A DNA stretch of 64,000 nucleotides from a virus. A program made the position numbers and the translations under genes. Location: positions 24,182 to 88,181 of IMG/VR virus record IMGVR_UViG_3300030118_004474; one strand, written 5' to 3'. Below the pieces are notes generated by a model. It had not been told where the DNA came from, ran no database searches, and was given only the letters and a program-made list of their open reading frames with translations. Below, in pieces: positions 28,888 to 38,971 of the stretch (position 1 is its first letter; each line of letters begins with the position of its first letter).

Positions 28888-30305
28888 TGGACCTACTCAC
28901 GGAAATGGACATGAAAGCCTCTAAGGGCAATTTTGAATATTTCTTCACTAAGGTTCTAGGTTTTGAGATGGCCCCCTTCCACAGGGAATGGCTTGAGCGT
29001 GTCCAATCTACACAACGTACCGTTACGATTTGTTCACGGGACCACGGCAAATCAGTTTTTTTTCACTCGTGGTGCATCTACCAGTTATGTTTCCAAGAAC
29101 CCCCATACGAAATTATTTACATTTCCTCTAACCAAAAGCAAACAATGGTTCACATGAAAGATATTGATAGAATGTTTTCTACTATTCCCGCCTTGAAGAA
29201 GTTCAAACCTAAACAGGGTTGGGCTGTTGGCCGAATGGAATTGACCAACGGAAACCGTATCGTTGAAAGGTCGGTTGGTTCTCAAATCCGTGGACTCCAC
29301 CCCGACGAAATTATCATTGACGACCCAATGAAGGAGTTCTCTATGACCGCCATTCAGCGAGTCTCGGATTGGTTTTGGGGTGATATGATTCCTACCCTTC
29401 ACCACACCTCCTCTTTGAGAATGATTGGAACGCCTTTCACCTACACGGATATATTCGCTGAGTTGGAGGAAAACACCGAGTATGATGTAAAACGTTATCC
29501 AGCCATTAACCAAGCAGGAGAAGCACTTTGGCCTTCCCGTTGGGATATTGACTCGCTAGACCGTCGCCGTAGGGAAATAGGTTCTGCTAAATTTACAAGA
29601 GAATATCTTTGTATTCCCATTTCTTCCAATACAATGTTATTTGGAAAAGAACATGTGGATAAATCAAAAGATAGAACCTCGTCTTTACAATACTATGGAA
29701 ACAACGAAGCATTCAAATACTACATAGGCTACGACCCATCAATGAGCATCAATGGCGACTACACCGTGATGATTGTTTTAGAGGTTGATGAAGAATTAAA
29801 TAAAAAAGTTGTTCATATGGTTCGTGAAAAAAATATGGACTTTCGTTCACATATCACCCGCATTACTGACCTATGCCAAAGATTCTCACCAGAAATCGTA
29901 ATGATTGAAACAAACACCTTCGCTAAATCTTTCGCTATGGAACTACGAGACATTTCTGACTTCCCCGTTAAGGAGTTCACTATGAGTAGAAAGAAAAAAG
30001 AAGAAATTATTCTTAACCTACAAATGAACTTTGAAAACAATAAAATTCTTTTACCGTATCAAAAAGACGAGGACAAAAAAGTTTCTAATGTAATCGTTCA
30101 AGAATTAGAGGCTTTTGGTATTGGTAATAGTGGAAGAATAGAGGGCCTTGGAGCGCATGATGACACCGTTATTGCTTTGGCCTTAGCGAACTATGCAACC
30201 AAGACCTTTACAGACACATTTATTGAAATTGAGGACGCTGGTATTTTTGCTACTAGTGGTCCAACGCTAAACTTAGGAGGTGGTATTTTTGGAATTAATT
30301 ATTAG
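28887..30305 (+). CDS. terL: Terminase large subunit
   Basis: Walker A CSRDHGKS, Walker B IIIDD, IGTP coupling motif, RNase H-like IGYDPS...DYTV and HDDTVIALALA. Confidence 0.95.
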   Translation: MDLLTEMDMKASKGNFEYFFTKVLGFEMAPFHREWLERVQSTQRTVTICSRDHGKSVFFHSWCIYQLCFQEPPYEIIYISSNQKQTMVHMKDIDRMFSTIPALKKFKPKQGWAVGRMELTNGNRIVERSVGSQIRGLHPDEIIIDDPMKEFSMTAIQRVSDWFWGDMIPTLHHTSSLRMIGTPFTYTDIFAELEENTEYDVKRYPAINQAGEALWPSRWDIDSLDRRRREIGSAKFTREYLCIPISSNTMLFGKEHVDKSKDRTSSLQYYGNNEAFKYYIGYDPSMSINGDYTVMIVLEVDEELNKKVVHMVREKNMDFRSHITRITDLCQRFSPEIVMIETNTFAKSFAMELRDISDFPVKEFTMSRKKKEEIILNLQMNFENNKILLPYQKDEDKKVSNVIVQELEAFGIGNSGRIEGLGAHDDTVIALALANYATKTFTDTFIEIEDAGIFATSGPTLNLGGGIFGINY

Positions 30306-31674
30306 TAAAGATGAAATAAACACAGAAGAATTGAGAAGAAAATTAGAGGAACTTGAAGAGGCTAAAAGAATCAAGGACGAAAAAGAAGAAAGTCTCCGTG
30401 CCGTAGCCAATAAAGACCCAAATGAAGTTATGATGTCATGGCTCCAATATCAATGTCATGACGAAATGCAAGTAATAAAAGATATTTCTAATAACTTAAA
30501 AATCAATTTTACAGACGCCAAGCAATATATTTCTAAAATGCCCGAAGAACTTATGATTGAGGAAAAAACAATACCGGATGTTGTAAAAGAATTGAGATAC
30601 ATGCGTAGGACTCTCAAGGGTAAAACAAGAGAAAAAATGGCCTCCACCATTAATCATTTAATTAAGGCATATTCTGAACACTTAGATAATTCATTAGATT
30701 CTATCTATTGGTTGAGGCCGTTTAAAAAATCTGTTAGGATGCTTACTCCTGATATTAAAATGATGAAAAAATTTCACCACATCAAGGACGGAGAAACTAG
30801 ACAGGTAATTATTGATAATCTAGTTAAAATGTGGGAGGCTAATTTACAAAAATCATCCCTTGAATATGGGGAAGAATATAATACAGCCATAATAAAATTT
30901 AAATCTTCTAAAAAGAATATTAAGAGTATTTTGAAAGAAATCTCTCATCAGTCAATTAGAAAACCAAGACAAGAGGTATTGGAAGATATGTTAGTCAAGA
31001 CAATATGTGATAATCCCGGTATTACTAGCAATACGATTCATTCTCTTTTACCGTCCTCCTACCATCGCTCCACCACTCCCCAAACGATTTCTAAAATGCT
31101 AAAAAGAGTTCAAGCAATAAATGTCGGGGGAGAGTATTATATTCTAAGTGATGCTATCAGAAAAGACTTGTATTCTTACGTTGCAGGGTTTATTGATTCT
31201 GATGGATATATTACTATGGATTCTAAATATGCACCGAGGGTTGGTATGATTGCTACTGGGGACCGAGGAAAGGCTTTTTTCAAGGAGATGGAAAATCAAT
31301 TGAAAATTGGACGCTTACACTTGGACCAAAAGGTAGGGGAAAATAATAGAAGCCAACACAGATTAAATTTTTATAGTCAGGGTGATATATCTAAACTACT
31401 GGATAAGACAATACCTCACCTAAGAATGAAAAAGGAACAGGGCAAACTGATTCAAGAAGCCATCATGATTAAACAAAATTTTTCTAAAGAAGATTGGGCC
31501 AAGCCCCGCTTAGAAGAAATTTTTAAACTTATCAAGTGGGAGAACTGGAAGGATGCCGCTAATAAAGTAGAATTACAAAAGTATAATATACAAGAAGAGG
31601 ATATTATAAAATATAGAGAGAACTCCCGGTGGGCCTACATGAACGCCGTGGACACGATTTCAAAGGAGGAATGA
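30280..31674 (+). CDS. LAGLIDADG homing-endonuclease-domain protein with long helical/wHTH N-terminus
   Basis: YVAGFIDSDGYI motif, and LLDKTIPHLRMKKEQ typical of LAGLIDADG C-terminal helices. Confidence 0.8.
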   Translation: MVFLELIISKDEINTEELRRKLEELEEAKRIKDEKEESLRAVANKDPNEVMMSWLQYQCHDEMQVIKDISNNLKINFTDAKQYISKMPEELMIEEKTIPDVVKELRYMRRTLKGKTREKMASTINHLIKAYSEHLDNSLDSIYWLRPFKKSVRMLTPDIKMMKKFHHIKDGETRQVIIDNLVKMWEANLQKSSLEYGEEYNTAIIKFKSSKKNIKSILKEISHQSIRKPRQEVLEDMLVKTICDNPGITSNTIHSLLPSSYHRSTTPQTISKMLKRVQAINVGGEYYILSDAIRKDLYSYVAGFIDSDGYITMDSKYAPRVGMIATGDRGKAFFKEMENQLKIGRLHLDQKVGENNRSQHRLNFYSQGDISKLLDKTIPHLRMKKEQGKLIQEAIMIKQNFSKEDWAKPRLEEIFKLIKWENWKDAANKVELQKYNIQEEDIIKYRENSRWAYMNAVDTISKEE

Positions 31675-31676
31675 AT

Positions 31677-33305
31677 ATGGGTCTAAGGGATAGTCTAAGA
31701 AACCTCATTAGGAGAAGAACACCAACTCCTGTAAATGATGAAGTATATAACATGGGTATTCAAGAACGAAGACTACCACAACATTATGCTGGCAAATATC
31801 TATATTCTATGGCTCAAAATTCAACCGTGGTCCGGACTTGTCTAGTTCAACTTAAAACTGAAATTTTTCGCAGGGGTTATGAATGGGTAAAGGCCTTTGA
31901 TTTAAAGTGTAGTGATTGTGGATATGAACATCACAAAGAGGTGGACGCTTGTTCTAGTTGTGGTTCTACAAATCTAAGAAGACCCGACCTTCAACAGAAA
32001 CTATACGCTTTTGACTTTTTTGAAGGATATGTAAATTCATCACATCAATTGTTTATTGATGTTCTAAAGGAATTGGAAACTGATATGAATATCATTGATG
32101 ATGCTTACCTAATATTAGTAAAAGACTACTACTTAGATAAAAACGGCGAAATAATAATGTCCAAAATAAACGAGATTTATAGGGGCGACCCAACAACGAT
32201 TTACATAGAGGTTGATGAAGATGGTGATAGAGGTCATTCTCGTTATACATGTATAACACATAGAGATTTTGTTAGTGAAGATAAATATGATAAATGTGCA
32301 GTTTGTGGTTCCTCCCTACATCCGATAGAATTTGTAAATAAATCTAGAGGTGAAGACCAAAATTATATTATGGGAGAAGTTGTTCATTTTAGTAAATATT
32401 CACCTTCAAGATTATATGGACATCCGCCAGTTCTAACACTATTTAATCACATTTTTACCCTAACCGCTATGGAAAGTTATATCAGCACATTATATACCAA
32501 GGCTAGAACCCCAAGAGGTATTCTCGCTGTCCAAACAAACAATATGGAGTCGTTGGTAAAGTATTGGAAGGGAGTAAAGGAGAAGTTAGAAAGGGACCCC
32601 CACTACACACCCATTATGGGAATTGAAACAGAAGGAGGTTCAAGAGGTTCTGTTGAATGGGTTCCATTCACTAACACAATTAAAGAAATGGACTATATCA
32701 ACGTAAAGGATGATTTGAGAACAAGAGTTTCGTCTTTTTATGGTGTTAGTAATATTTTTACCGGAGACACTACTACTGGCGGCGGTCTTAATAACGAAGG
32801 TATGCAAATTTTGGTCACAAATAGAGCAGTTGAAAAGGCACAGAACGTTTATAATAAATACATGTTTCCTTTCTTAATGAAACAATTTGGCATTACCGAT
32901 TGGAAAGTTCAACTTCTAAGAAGTGAAGAGGAAGATGAAATCGCTAATATCCGTAGGCGGGAGATGGAACTACAACTAGCAATACAAATGAAAAATCTTG
33001 GATTTGAAGTTGATATGAATGAGGATGGAGACTTTGTTTTCAAAAAATACCCCGCTAAAGAACTTATTGATGTTGATGTTGAATCCGATGAAAAACCACT
33101 AGAAACAGACCCCTATGCGGGAACAAACATTGACCGTTCGCAATTAGGACAACTACAAGAACAGGCTTTGATGAGTGGCAATACGAAGGCGCAAGTAGCG
33201 GGAGAAACTAGTATGGAAAAAGGCCCACCGAAAAGATTTAGTGGTCTACCAAAGGAGGCAGGAAATAATAACGTGGATAGTAGGACCGAAAGGAGGATTC
33301 CTTGA
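31677..33305 (+). CDS. Portal protein with Zn-ribbon insertions
   Basis: Follows terL; EVVHFSKYSPSRLYGHPP, PRGIL, RVSSFYGV portal-like motifs; CSDC/CSSC and CAVC inserts. Confidence 0.85.
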   Translation: MGLRDSLRNLIRRRTPTPVNDEVYNMGIQERRLPQHYAGKYLYSMAQNSTVVRTCLVQLKTEIFRRGYEWVKAFDLKCSDCGYEHHKEVDACSSCGSTNLRRPDLQQKLYAFDFFEGYVNSSHQLFIDVLKELETDMNIIDDAYLILVKDYYLDKNGEIIMSKINEIYRGDPTTIYIEVDEDGDRGHSRYTCITHRDFVSEDKYDKCAVCGSSLHPIEFVNKSRGEDQNYIMGEVVHFSKYSPSRLYGHPPVLTLFNHIFTLTAMESYISTLYTKARTPRGILAVQTNNMESLVKYWKGVKEKLERDPHYTPIMGIETEGGSRGSVEWVPFTNTIKEMDYINVKDDLRTRVSSFYGVSNIFTGDTTTGGGLNNEGMQILVTNRAVEKAQNVYNKYMFPFLMKQFGITDWKVQLLRSEEEDEIANIRRREMELQLAIQMKNLGFEVDMNEDGDFVFKKYPAKELIDVDVESDEKPLETDPYAGTNIDRSQLGQLQEQALMSGNTKAQVAGETSMEKGPPKRFSGLPKEAGNNNVDSRTERRIP

Positions 33306-36300
33306 TGTTTAAGAAAAGTGCAGGTTTAATGTCTGAAGAGGAGGGACAGGCCCTAATAAATAAGTTTGATATTTATTTATTGCCGTTTGAGACAGATGTT
33401 AAGAATATTATTAGAAGTCAAGAAAGTTATGCGGCTGATTTTCCTTTTTTACGAACAAAACTTAAGATAGGGGGTGGTTCACATTTAGATATTTTAAATT
33501 ATACTATTGACCCAAGAGACTACAATATGTTAATGAGTATAAAGTCACGTGTAAAAACTAGATTATTTGTTAAATTAATGGGGGTCAACGAATTTAATTT
33601 AGAGTTATTTTACCACGAAGAAAAAATAATTTTTCCTATTCCTCTATTAAAAAAACTGGGATATAATACCAAATCTTCGCATGGAAGCGGAAGCATACTA
33701 AGAGAAGTTAATTTGCAATATGCTAACGAAGGACCTTCGGGTGCGGAAAAAGAAATAATATTAGAAAATATAGTTAATCACTTTGATTCTTCATTAGTTG
33801 ACATATTTTCCGATGAAAGATTTGAGGACCAAGTTCCTGTTGAAAAGAGACATTTTTCCTTTGAATTTGAAATAATTCGTGATAAATTTAATGTTCAGAT
33901 TTCATACAACTATCGTGTGGTAACAGATAGTTTGACTAAATTGGTTAATGTTGATATTCCTAACGATTTTTACGAAGGATTGGAAAGGTATTTTACGCCT
34001 AAATCAATGAAATATTTAAGTAAAAAAATTCGCTCATTAATTAATAGAAGGGGAGATAGAAAAAGCGTAGAGGATTATATTAGGTCGGGTAATACCCCTG
34101 CCCGTTTATATTTTACAGATAGTAATTCCCGTGTTACGATTAATGAAGACGTGCCGTATATTAACGATGCAATTTCCGTATATTTATTTCAAATTAAGGA
34201 TATTATATTAGACTATTATAAGGCCAAAGAAACTTTAAGTCCACCTAACCTCCCCGATAATTACTTTAGTAAGGTAAAAGAAAATTTTATACGTTCTCTA
34301 GATGTTTATTTTCAAACTAAAGGTTTTAGCCGCCCACTTACTATCGGTAGGCTAAAAAGTAACGTCATATCTAGGGAAATATCAACTATGTTAAATACTG
34401 TTATTTCTTCTAGTTTGCCGGGATTTTACACAAGTAGCGGAACCCAAAGGGGTTTTGACTTTATGAAAGCAGTACCCGAAGATATAAAATTCATGGAAAA
34501 TATAATTCAAGATACAGAAAATAGTATAAAATTATCTGAACGTTATTTAGAATATACCATTCCTCCCGACGCACAACTAAGTCGTAGTGTTATATACGCA
34601 TTACAAAATATTGGTCAGCCAATCATTAAGTCTAGCGGGACATCTAGAAAATTAGTAATTGAGCGAATACCACGCATATTTCATTTAACAGGCCCCGTTA
34701 CAATGAGTGAAATTCTTTCATATAAAGAACTTGAACAAATAGAAGGAAAAACACCGAGAGAATTAATGGAAGAATTAGTAAAAATAGTTATCCCTCTAGA
34801 CAAAGTTTCAACTTTTTTTGAGGCTTTTGAAAGAGAAATTAAAGAAGTGGTAATGAAAGAAGGAGGAGCAAGTTTAAATGATGTTAACGAACCCCCCCTA
34901 CAAGAATACCAAATTAATTTTTCAATAGATGAAGGATATGATTCTTATATTATAACCATGCGTATTAAGTCGCAAATAATCATTAGATTTCATTTTTCAT
35001 ATGACACCGTTAACAGCGATGCTGGCCCCCCTCGGCCCAGAATTTTTCCTTATGTTTCAAATTTAACACTTGAAAAGGTTAGTGGGAGTTATATAAGATT
35101 AAAAACCCGTTCTAGAGATTTTGAAATTGATATTAATGCTTCTTCTGATTTTTATTTAGAAGCAAGTAAGGCCGTACGAAGAATTTTAATACCTCAAAAC
35201 TTTTTAATACAGCAAGAGATTTTAGGCACAGACCGCAATCCCGCCGAAAGGTCTATTTCTTTCTTAAGAAATATTATTAAAGGTCTTGTGGGAAAGGCTG
35301 GTTCTCAATTTATAGAAGTAAAGCCATTTATTTATGATGCCTTAACTGGTGCAAGAAGGGGTCTTTACTTTGCTATTTCTGAATCTAGTCCCATTCATAT
35401 TTATATTAGTGTAGATGATAGAAAATCCGGAGCCGCCCGTGTATCGGGGGCCTATCCCAAAATAAAGGGTTCTGCATGTGTAGGAACATTTATGGTAGTT
35501 GATTCAAGAACAGACTATCTAGGCGCAGAGAAAATCAATTTAGATTTTAAAGGTAGAACTTATAATTTTTACATGACTAATTCCAGTTGTGTTAACTTAG
35601 ACTTCCAATTAGGCATTGACAGTATTGAAGGGGGAGAAAATTTAGATGCTTTAGGGACAATGATTCTTGCTGGTTCACAAACGGGAACAAGGTTTGGAGA
35701 AAAGATACCCGAAAATATAGCCGCATTTAGTAGACAAGCATATATTCCTTATAATGAACTTAAACCAACTTTTTCCGAGACACTCAGAACTGGTGGTAGT
35801 ACTAAACTGGGTCTTAGTTTTAGTTTTGTGATTAAATTTTCTGATGAATCGTTATACCTTGTAGGTCCGGGCAGATACGATTTGGACTCACCCATCGGAA
35901 CAATGAAGGGAATAAAAAATTATATCATAGAAAATTATATTGAGGATTCAGATAAAAGGCAAAAACAATTTAATAAAGCGGGGCCTAGCAAAATATCAGA
36001 AATAAGTTCTTTTATTGATTTGGATGATTTAGAAAGTATTTATGAGGACCTATCTGCTCAGTCTGAGGAACTCAGCCTAGAAAAATTCAAAGAACATATA
36101 GCCGATATGTTTTTATATAATATTGAAAGAAATATGATGGAAAGTAAAATGTCTGACGCGTTTTCAGTTGTTCCCGAATCATCTATTGTGAGTTATAATG
36201 AGATGAAACAATTTGTTAATATACACAAAGACGCAATCTATGATTTCCATTTAACTAAAACTGTGGGGTCCGATTACAGGACAGGTGATTTTGTACCTAG

Positions 36301-36379
36301 AGAACCAATGAGAGAAGGATTGTTTAGTATGATAGAGAGAAGGAGAAGAAACCAAAGGAGAAGTGAACAAGATGAATGA
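33302..36379 (+). CDS. Large hypothetical protein (1025 aa), putative virion/internal protein
   Basis: Long ORF directly after portal. Confidence 0.75.
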   Translation: MMFKKSAGLMSEEEGQALINKFDIYLLPFETDVKNIIRSQESYAADFPFLRTKLKIGGGSHLDILNYTIDPRDYNMLMSIKSRVKTRLFVKLMGVNEFNLELFYHEEKIIFPIPLLKKLGYNTKSSHGSGSILREVNLQYANEGPSGAEKEIILENIVNHFDSSLVDIFSDERFEDQVPVEKRHFSFEFEIIRDKFNVQISYNYRVVTDSLTKLVNVDIPNDFYEGLERYFTPKSMKYLSKKIRSLINRRGDRKSVEDYIRSGNTPARLYFTDSNSRVTINEDVPYINDAISVYLFQIKDIILDYYKAKETLSPPNLPDNYFSKVKENFIRSLDVYFQTKGFSRPLTIGRLKSNVISREISTMLNTVISSSLPGFYTSSGTQRGFDFMKAVPEDIKFMENIIQDTENSIKLSERYLEYTIPPDAQLSRSVIYALQNIGQPIIKSSGTSRKLVIERIPRIFHLTGPVTMSEILSYKELEQIEGKTPRELMEELVKIVIPLDKVSTFFEAFEREIKEVVMKEGGASLNDVNEPPLQEYQINFSIDEGYDSYIITMRIKSQIIIRFHFSYDTVNSDAGPPRPRIFPYVSNLTLEKVSGSYIRLKTRSRDFEIDINASSDFYLEASKAVRRILIPQNFLIQQEILGTDRNPAERSISFLRNIIKGLVGKAGSQFIEVKPFIYDALTGARRGLYFAISESSPIHIYISVDDRKSGAARVSGAYPKIKGSACVGTFMVVDSRTDYLGAEKINLDFKGRTYNFYMTNSSCVNLDFQLGIDSIEGGENLDALGTMILAGSQTGTRFGEKIPENIAAFSRQAYIPYNELKPTFSETLRTGGSTKLGLSFSFVIKFSDESLYLVGPGRYDLDSPIGTMKGIKNYIIENYIEDSDKRQKQFNKAGPSKISEISSFIDLDDLESIYEDLSAQSEELSLEKFKEHIADMFLYNIERNMMESKMSDAFSVVPESSIVSYNEMKQFVNIHKDAIYDFHLTKTVGSDYRTGDFVPREPMREGLFSMIERRRRNQRRSEQDE

Positions 36380-36548
36380 AAAAATTAAAGAAAAATTAGA
36401 CGCTAAAAAACAACAGATTAAGAAAAAGGCCAAGGACCTATCAATGAACGTCCCTGAAGTTCCCCCCGATAACTGGGAAAAAACACCTAGTATTCCCGGT
36501 TTCATAGAGGGTGGTCCCAAAATGAGTAAAAAGTGGAAACAAGTTTGA
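36363..36548 (+). CDS. Small basic protein
   Basis: Fills the gap between ORFs; GGAG RBS. Confidence 0.55.
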   Translation: MNKMNEKIKEKLDAKKQQIKKKAKDLSMNVPEVPPDNWEKTPSIPGFIEGGPKMSKKWKQV

Positions 36549-36557
36549 GGTGAAACT

Positions 36558-38309
36558 ATGAGTTTTATGAATCCGATATATGGTTTAAAAAGATTTATCT
36601 ATGAAAAAAGACCACAAACTACCGCTAAAGAAATGAATATGATAGTAGCGGAGGCTCAAAAATTTCAAAGAAAGGAATCATATCGTGGAGACATTTTAAC
36701 ACCCGATATAAGAAGATTTATCACAAGACTACCCGAACCAATTAAAACTGTTAGTGTGGACTCATTGGTTGATAGATTACTACCTTATACTCAAGTTCAA
36801 TCAACTAATCAGCGATATAACTACAATACAGATGATGGTCCGAGAACTGATAATACAAGAAGACTTGATACGAGAATAGGAACTTCTACCAAGTATGTTT
36901 CATTCATACCCGATTTTGCTTTACAGGGAACTAATCAAGAAAAACCCGATGCCCACGCTACCTTAAGAGAGTTAGATGGTATTTATACAGACAAGGGAAA
37001 TATTGTCATTGTTTCTATATCAAGATTAGAAGAGGCTCTAAGAGCAGATATATTTAATAAAAAACTACAAGCGTTATATTCTAACGTAATAGAATCTTTA
37101 CCAATTATTATAAATTTAACCAGCACAAGAGATAAGAAAAATTTTCTAAGAAAATTAAATAATTTAAGTTCTGATGCTATGGAAATGAGAGAAAACTTTT
37201 CTTTAGAACCAACAACAGAAGAAGGACAAATGGAAAAGTTTAAGAAAAATTGGAATACTATAAAACAAAGAATAAGAGGTTTAATCCCAATAGGTAGGGT
37301 CCCCAATAGAGAAATTCTTAGTTCAATAGCAAGGTATCTTCGTAATGACTATAAATTATCACTATTGGCGGCTCCTCTTTTTACAGTAGGTAGTGCATTA
37401 GAAGAAGATTTAGAAGAAAGAGTTTCGGAGAGAGCCAGTAGTTTAACTTTCGGTGATTATATTTTTAAGGCTATTTTACAAGCCGAGGGAGTAAAGGCGT
37501 TTCAGAATATTTCATTAGATAGTGATTATTCTCTTGAAGAAAGGGAGGATAGTTTCTTTGACAGAAAACCCGAAATAGCCGATAATAGACAACGGATTGA
37601 GCAACTCGCACTTCCGAAATTTAATGGTAAAAGATTTGTATTTAGGAGTCCAAACGGGGACGATATTATTTACTATTCTAGTGGGGTTATTACTCCTGAA
37701 CAAGTCAAAAGGAGACTACCCGAAAGTTATGAATTGGACCGTGAGGAAATTATTGATAATGTGATGGAGTATCAAGACAAACAAAGAGCAGACGCCAAAA
37801 GAGAAGAAAGACTCAAAAGAAAACTATCCACTTCTGATGTTGGTATTAGTGAATTTTATGATAACTTAGATGCTTATGCCGAACAACTTAGAAGAAGAGA
37901 ATCTAGAGGCGAGTATTTAAGTGATAGGGATAGTGAAGGTAGAGCAGTTTCACCCTCAATACAAAGGTTCATGCCATCAAAGTTTTACTTTCATCCGTTT
38001 GACTCTGATGTTGAACTTGACCCGGAATTGTTCAAAATGAAAATTTCTGAACTTCCGGAGGATGAACGACGCAGAATTAAAACGTTCTTACAGGATGCAG
38101 AGCCGACAGAATATTTTGGTGAGGAATACCTTAAACTAACAAAACTTATAAATACATTGGCTGATGTAGTGGATTCAACGGAAGAGGAAGAGTTAGAGGA
38201 TATGGATGTAGAAAATCTTAAACTCATTAAAAAGTTAGCCCACCTACGCAAAAGATATGAGAATCTTTATCAAGAAATTTACGGAATGGTATATGGGGAG
38301 GAAGAATAA
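36558..38309 (+). CDS. Hypothetical protein, head module
   Basis: GAGGTGA RBS; 583 aa. Confidence 0.75.
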   Translation: MSFMNPIYGLKRFIYEKRPQTTAKEMNMIVAEAQKFQRKESYRGDILTPDIRRFITRLPEPIKTVSVDSLVDRLLPYTQVQSTNQRYNYNTDDGPRTDNTRRLDTRIGTSTKYVSFIPDFALQGTNQEKPDAHATLRELDGIYTDKGNIVIVSISRLEEALRADIFNKKLQALYSNVIESLPIIINLTSTRDKKNFLRKLNNLSSDAMEMRENFSLEPTTEEGQMEKFKKNWNTIKQRIRGLIPIGRVPNREILSSIARYLRNDYKLSLLAAPLFTVGSALEEDLEERVSERASSLTFGDYIFKAILQAEGVKAFQNISLDSDYSLEEREDSFFDRKPEIADNRQRIEQLALPKFNGKRFVFRSPNGDDIIYYSSGVITPEQVKRRLPESYELDREEIIDNVMEYQDKQRADAKREERLKRKLSTSDVGISEFYDNLDAYAEQLRRRESRGEYLSDRDSEGRAVSPSIQRFMPSKFYFHPFDSDVELDPELFKMKISELPEDERRRIKTFLQDAEPTEYFGEEYLKLTKLINTLADVVDSTEEEELEDMDVENLKLIKKLAHLRKRYENLYQEIYGMVYGEEE

Positions 38310-38533
38310 TGGAAGAAGTAGTAGAAATTATTAAGATGTTAATAACAAGAATTGAAAATTTAGAAACACAAGTAAAGGAAGCGAATATGAATTTGATGAA
38401 ATCGGGTATTGTAGTTCACACTCCCCGACCATCAATGACAGTTTCAAACCCCGTCCCATCGGGAGACACAATCGCTAAAATGGATTGGGACGAACTAAAC
38501 GAATTAGTAGGAAAATTGGAGGGTACAATATGA
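38309..38533 (+). CDS. Small coiled-coil protein
   Basis: C-terminal IAKMDWDELNELV resembles the scaffold C-terminus (VNEMSWDEIHDL). Confidence 0.65.
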   Translation: MEEVVEIIKMLITRIENLETQVKEANMNLMKSGIVVHTPRPSMTVSNPVPSGDTIAKMDWDELNELVGKLEGTI

Positions 38534-38961
38534 GCATGATAGAAGAAAAACCAACAGATGATTTGAGAGATAGCCGAATGCTTTTAACAAGGCTTATTGA
38601 ATTAGAAACTCATATCACAAACGCTCTTGGTCTTATGGCTGAAACTGGGGAGGAACGTCCATATAAAAAAGTAAAGCCCCAACTTAAGGATGTTATGGCT
38701 ATGGCCGCAAAAGCAAAGCCCGGAACTATTTCCGAGGTTAAGAAAAGCCGTCAACACAAACTTTTGCCGGAATACATGGTCTATAAAAGCAAAGAAGAGG
38801 AGAGGGGCGAACCCCGTAGGGAAGATTCAGAACTACCGGAAGACTCCCAAGATAAGGATTTAGTAGCGGCCCTTGAAACAGCATTAGAAAAACTACGCAG
38901 GGCTAAACACACTTTGCGAGTTTCCGAAGAATCTGCATTTGTTCCCTCCGATGAAGCATAG
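38530..38961 (+). CDS. Hypothetical protein
   Basis: Probable start MSMIEEK after a GGAGG RBS. Confidence 0.6.
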   Translation: MSMIEEKPTDDLRDSRMLLTRLIELETHITNALGLMAETGEERPYKKVKPQLKDVMAMAAKAKPGTISEVKKSRQHKLLPEYMVYKSKEEERGEPRREDSELPEDSQDKDLVAALETALEKLRRAKHTLRVSEESAFVPSDEA

Positions 38962-38971
38962 GGGGATAAAA

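Noticed and set aside
30280-31674. Intein or intron in the terminase or portal
   Set aside because: terL is complete with its own stop, the portal appears intact, and there are no C/S...HN intein termini or recognisable intron core.
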